Positions 60,951 to 64,000 of a stretch of DNA of 64,000 nucleotides are shown here, piece by piece (the first letter of the stretch is position 1; each line of letters begins with the position of its first letter). The translations under genes and the position numbers were made by a program. The notes beneath the pieces were generated by a model. That model made no database searches. It saw only the letters and a list, made by a program, of their open reading frames with translations, and was not told where the DNA came from. Source of the stretch: Candidatus Velthaea sp. GTDB lineage: Bacteria; Vulcanimicrobiota; Vulcanimicrobiia; Vulcanimicrobiales; Vulcanimicrobiaceae. Location of the stretch: positions 160,001 through 224,000 of the forward strand of contig CBDCCS010000021.1 of assembly GCA_965214935.1 (NCBI GenBank), given 5' to 3'.

Positions 60951-61394
60951 CTAAGACAATCCAAGCTCGGTGGCAAAATCGTGCAATCCGGCCGGATCGG
61001 CATCTTGCACGGCATACCGCTCGCGCGCCCACACTTCGACGCGGGTCAGCGAACCGATCGATACGACGTCTTTTTCGATCGCCGCATAACTCCGCAAAGC
61101 GGCCGGAATCACCAGACGCCCCTGCGTATCGCACGACAGCTCGTCGGTATGCGCGAACAGAAACCGAATGTAACTCCGGTAGCGCGCGTCTTTGACGGGG
61201 GCGGCTTCGAGCTTCGCGCACCGTTCGGCCCACGTTGCGGCCGGATAGAGCGCCAAGCATAAATCGGGTTGCGCAATCGTTAAGAAGAAGCCGGCGCCTA
61301 AACGCTCGCGGAAGCGGGCGGGCACGACAAGCCGCCCCTTGTCATCAAGGCTGTGTTCGACGCTGCCGGTGAAGAGCGGTCGATCCGCGGCCAA
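60951..61394 (-). CDS. mraZ: Transcriptional regulator MraZ
   Basis: Duplicated motif DDKGR..VP / DTQGR..IP, EVW. Confidence 0.96.
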   Translation of the reverse strand: MAADRPLFTGSVEHSLDDKGRLVVPARFRERLGAGFFLTIAQPDLCLALYPAATWAERCAKLEAAPVKDARYRSYIRFLFAHTDELSCDTQGRLVIPAALRSYAAIEKDVVSIGSLTRVEVWARERYAVQDADPAGLHDFATELGLS

Positions 61395-61403
61395 AGAACT
61401 CCC

Positions 61404-61447
61404 CCACTACTTGCCATTTGGCACCACTTTGGCCCACTATATCCCAC
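61404..61447 (-). promoter_or_regulatory. MraZ-binding direct repeats
   Basis: Five minus-strand (G/A)TGG boxes at an exact 10-bp period (plus-strand CCAC/CCAT at 61404, 61414, 61424, 61434, 61444), immediately upstream of mraZ. Confidence 0.85.
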
Positions 61448-61609
61448 CTAGCAACCTTTGGAAAGGGCCGGAACGTGTGATTTCGGCACGATTTACTGCA
61501 TCCGAGGGCTTGCTGGAGGTGACTCGGCATCGCTCGGTTGTTAAGGCTTAGCACGGTTTAGCGGGAAGCTGTAGGCCCAATTTGCGGCGCGACCGAAGAG
61601 CGGCCGGAA

Positions 61610-62116
61610 GTGAAGCAGGGTGCGCCTCGCCGGAGTTTGCTCCGGCCGGCTATTTTTACGGCTTGTCTGATCGTGAGTTCACTCTTTGGGTGTAGCTCCG
61701 GCAGCTTTTTGCCGGGCACCGGCCGTCCGCTCGAGGCCGGTACGCTCAACGATCTCGTCGTGAGTGCGGCGCGCCTGCATACCGTCGCTCCCGAGCTCAT
61801 CAGTGCCGTCATCGCCGCTGAATCTCACGGCGATCCGTCCGCGGTGAGCCGGGCCGGCGCGCAAGGCATCATGCAATTGATGCCCGCCACGTCGCTTGCG
61901 TATGGTGTGGTCAATCCGTTCGATGCCGCGCAAAACATCGACGGCGGAACGCACTACCTGCACGATCTGCTGCGGCGCTATCGCGGTAACATCAAACTGG
62001 CAGTCGCTGCTTACAATGCCGGCCCGGGTGCAGTCGACGCCGCACATGGAATTCCGGCATTCGCCGAGACGCGGGCGTACGTCGCGCGCGTCGTTGCGGC
62101 GCTTCCGACGAAATAG
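61610..62116 (+). CDS. Lytic transglycosylase (SLT domain), probable lipoprotein
   Basis: AES, AVS.AGAQG.MQLMPAT, AAYNAGPG, ET..YV; lipobox-like LFGC. Confidence 0.92.
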   Translation: MKQGAPRRSLLRPAIFTACLIVSSLFGCSSGSFLPGTGRPLEAGTLNDLVVSAARLHTVAPELISAVIAAESHGDPSAVSRAGAQGIMQLMPATSLAYGVVNPFDAAQNIDGGTHYLHDLLRRYRGNIKLAVAAYNAGPGAVDAAHGIPAFAETRAYVARVVAALPTK

Positions 62117-62179
62117 GTCGTGGCAGCCTATCCCGGGATCGGGAAGCGCTTGTACGCGCAAACGGCGCCACGCAGCCCC

Positions 62180-63283
62180 GTGCGTCTGCCGATTCTCGAT
62201 GCGTACATTTTGCGCGAGTTGTGGCCGCCGTTCGCGTTTGCGCTAGGCGCGTATCTATTATTTTGGTTCGTCAATATTTTCTTTCTCGCAGCGGATTACG
62301 TCATCAACAAGGGCGCGCCGATTTTCTTGGTGTTGCGCTTTCTGATTTTTCGCGTTCCGCAAGCGACGCCGCAAGCGTTTCCTTTCGCCTGTTTGTTCGC
62401 GACGTTGATGGCGTTCGGACGGCTCATGGCCGACAACGAAATCACCGCCTTGCGCACCTCGGGCGTGCCGTTTTATCGGATCGTACGCCTGCCGCTCATC
62501 GCCGGGATGCTTGCTTTCGGCGCATCGTACTGGATCAACGAGCATGTCGTGCCGCAGTCGACCGATCTCTCGACGCGAACCTTCTATCAAATCGTCTACA
62601 AAATGCAGACGCTGCCGCTCGAGCCGAATATCTTCCGGCAAGACCCGGCGACCGGCAATACGTTCTACGTCGCGAACGTTGATGCCGACGGCAAAACGAT
62701 GCACAATGTGATGATCTTTCAGCCGTCGCGCTCATCACCGTTTCAAATGGTCACGACCGCCGTAACCGCCGAGATACACGGCGGTGAATTAACGCTCTAC
62801 AACGCATCGGTTTCGCGTTACAAGCCGGGCGGTGATTTCGATTTCGAGACGCATCAAAAGCAGATCGACCTGGGTCTACCGCTCGCTGAGACTGCCGATA
62901 AGTTTCTCAGCTCGGCGTACAGCGATCCGTACACGATGGATTCAAAACGCTTGCGCGATGACATCCGCGCGCGCAAAGCCACCGGTCAAGGCGGGTCTGA
63001 CTTAGCCAAACGCGAAATCACGTTAGCGCAGAAGCTCGCGTATCCATTTGCCGCTTTCATCGCGGTTTTGATCGCGTTGCCGCTTGCCGTCAAATTCGGT
63101 AAGAAAGGGCGTACGCTTGGAATTGCACTTTCAATCGTGGTGCTCTTCGTCTATTACGTTCTCGGCGCGATGTCGGCTGCGTTCGGCAGCAACAACGCCC
63201 TCGATCCGTACGTTGCCGCGTGGTTGCCGAACGTGATCATGGCCGGCGCCGGCGCTTTTCTGATTTTCAGCGAAGACCGCTAA
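62180..63283 (+). CDS. LptF/LptG family LPS export permease
   Basis: ILD.YI.RE, L..DNEITALR.SG, 3+3 TM segments around a periplasmic beta domain, AAWLPN. Start may be 62120. Confidence 0.92.
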   Translation: MRLPILDAYILRELWPPFAFALGAYLLFWFVNIFFLAADYVINKGAPIFLVLRFLIFRVPQATPQAFPFACLFATLMAFGRLMADNEITALRTSGVPFYRIVRLPLIAGMLAFGASYWINEHVVPQSTDLSTRTFYQIVYKMQTLPLEPNIFRQDPATGNTFYVANVDADGKTMHNVMIFQPSRSSPFQMVTTAVTAEIHGGELTLYNASVSRYKPGGDFDFETHQKQIDLGLPLAETADKFLSSAYSDPYTMDSKRLRDDIRARKATGQGGSDLAKREITLAQKLAYPFAAFIAVLIALPLAVKFGKKGRTLGIALSIVVLFVYYVLGAMSAAFGSNNALDPYVAAWLPNVIMAGAGAFLIFSEDR

Positions 63284-63286
63284 GCC

Positions 63287-64000
63287 GTGCGTCGCGTCGT
63301 TACGGCAATCGTCAGCGTGACGTTGCTGCTAAGCACTCTGCTGCCCGCGGATGCGAGCGCGCCTGTCGACCATACGCGCGACGCGCTACGTCTGTTGCAC
63401 TCGAGTTGCGACGCGGGAACGCAAGTAGCGCAGGCCGTGCAAGGCACGGTACCCACGGCATCCTCGGCACCGAGTGCGCTGCCGAGCAACTCGCCGGGCA
63501 GTTCGCCTGGGCCGAGCAGCTCGCCGGGACTTTATGCGCCGCCGCCGCCGCGCGCGCCGTCGGGCCCGCAACAACTGAATCCGCCGCCGCTGCCGACCGC
63601 GACTCCGTCGGTCACGCCTCCACCGGTACCGACACCCACGCCGTCCGCAAGTGCCGGGGCCGGGCCGGTCTTCGTACAACGGGCCGGCCCTGACGCCGGC
63701 GCATCCGGCTCTCCGTCCGCGTCCCCCGGCGCATCCCCGTCGCCTTCGCCTTCGCCGGCCGAGACGCTCGGGCCCAACCAGTACGTCATCTTGGCCGACA
63801 CGATTTCCGGTACGAACAAACCGGGTCAACCTGCGGATCTCGACGGCAACGTCAACGTGCTGTACGCCGACGGCATGCTCGTCGGCGATCACGCGCATTA
63901 TGACGGTGCGCGCTTCATCGACATCACCGGACATCCGTACATCCGCAAGCGCGAGGACGACACGATCTTGCGCGCCGAGTCGATTCGCTTCGACACGCTT
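63287..64000 (+). CDS. Exported protein with Pro/Ser-rich linker and OstA/LptD-like N-terminal region (runs off the window)
   Basis: GTG 3 nt after the lptF/G stop; signal peptide VRRVVTAIVSVTLLLSTLLPADA; then ILAD.I...GNVNV.Y....L.GD...YD...G...I....LRAE.I.FD; no stop before the window end. Confidence 0.65.
   Translation, partial: MRRVVTAIVSVTLLLSTLLPADASAPVDHTRDALRLLHSSCDAGTQVAQAVQGTVPTASSAPSALPSNSPGSSPGPSSSPGLYAPPPPRAPSGPQQLNPPPLPTATPSVTPPPVPTPTPSASAGAGPVFVQRAGPDAGASGSPSASPGASPSPSPSPAETLGPNQYVILADTISGTNKPGQPADLDGNVNVLYADGMLVGDHAHYDGARFIDITGHPYIRKREDDTILRAESIRFDTL

Overview
GC-rich bacterial chromosomal window made mostly of housekeeping genes. In order it carries: infC-rpmI-rplT with a structured L20-leader-like 5' region; trmH-family gene, yqzL-like small ORF, pheS-pheT and cvpA; a class V aminotransferase; an accessory stretch with an S53/S8 lipoprotein peptidase and a 1099-aa MalT-type STAND NTPase-helical repeat-HD-GYP fusion; a circularly permuted ATP-grasp/alpha-E/transglutaminase cluster running into hsp20-lon (CIRCE between); a decayed galK, a frameshifted Zn-ADH and a membrane GGDEF protein; groES-groEL with two CIRCE elements; an MCP, alr, split his genes and gltA; a dcw cluster from mraZ to ddl lacking ftsQAZ; and slt, lptF/G and a partial lptD-like gene. 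Terrabacteria-like gene order and regulation (yqzL before pheS, CIRCE, L20-type leader) combined with Lpt genes suggest a diderm Terrabacterium, possibly Eremiobacterota/Vulcanimicrobiota (inference only). The best candidates for undescribed biology are (1) a CofE-like amide ligase translationally coupled between murF and mraY, (2) the STAND NTPase-HD-GYP fusion, and (3) the peptide-ligase/transglutaminase cluster adjoining Hsp20-Lon. I recognised no tRNA, rRNA, CRISPR array, IS element or prophage. Family calls come from motif recognition by eye, not database searches.
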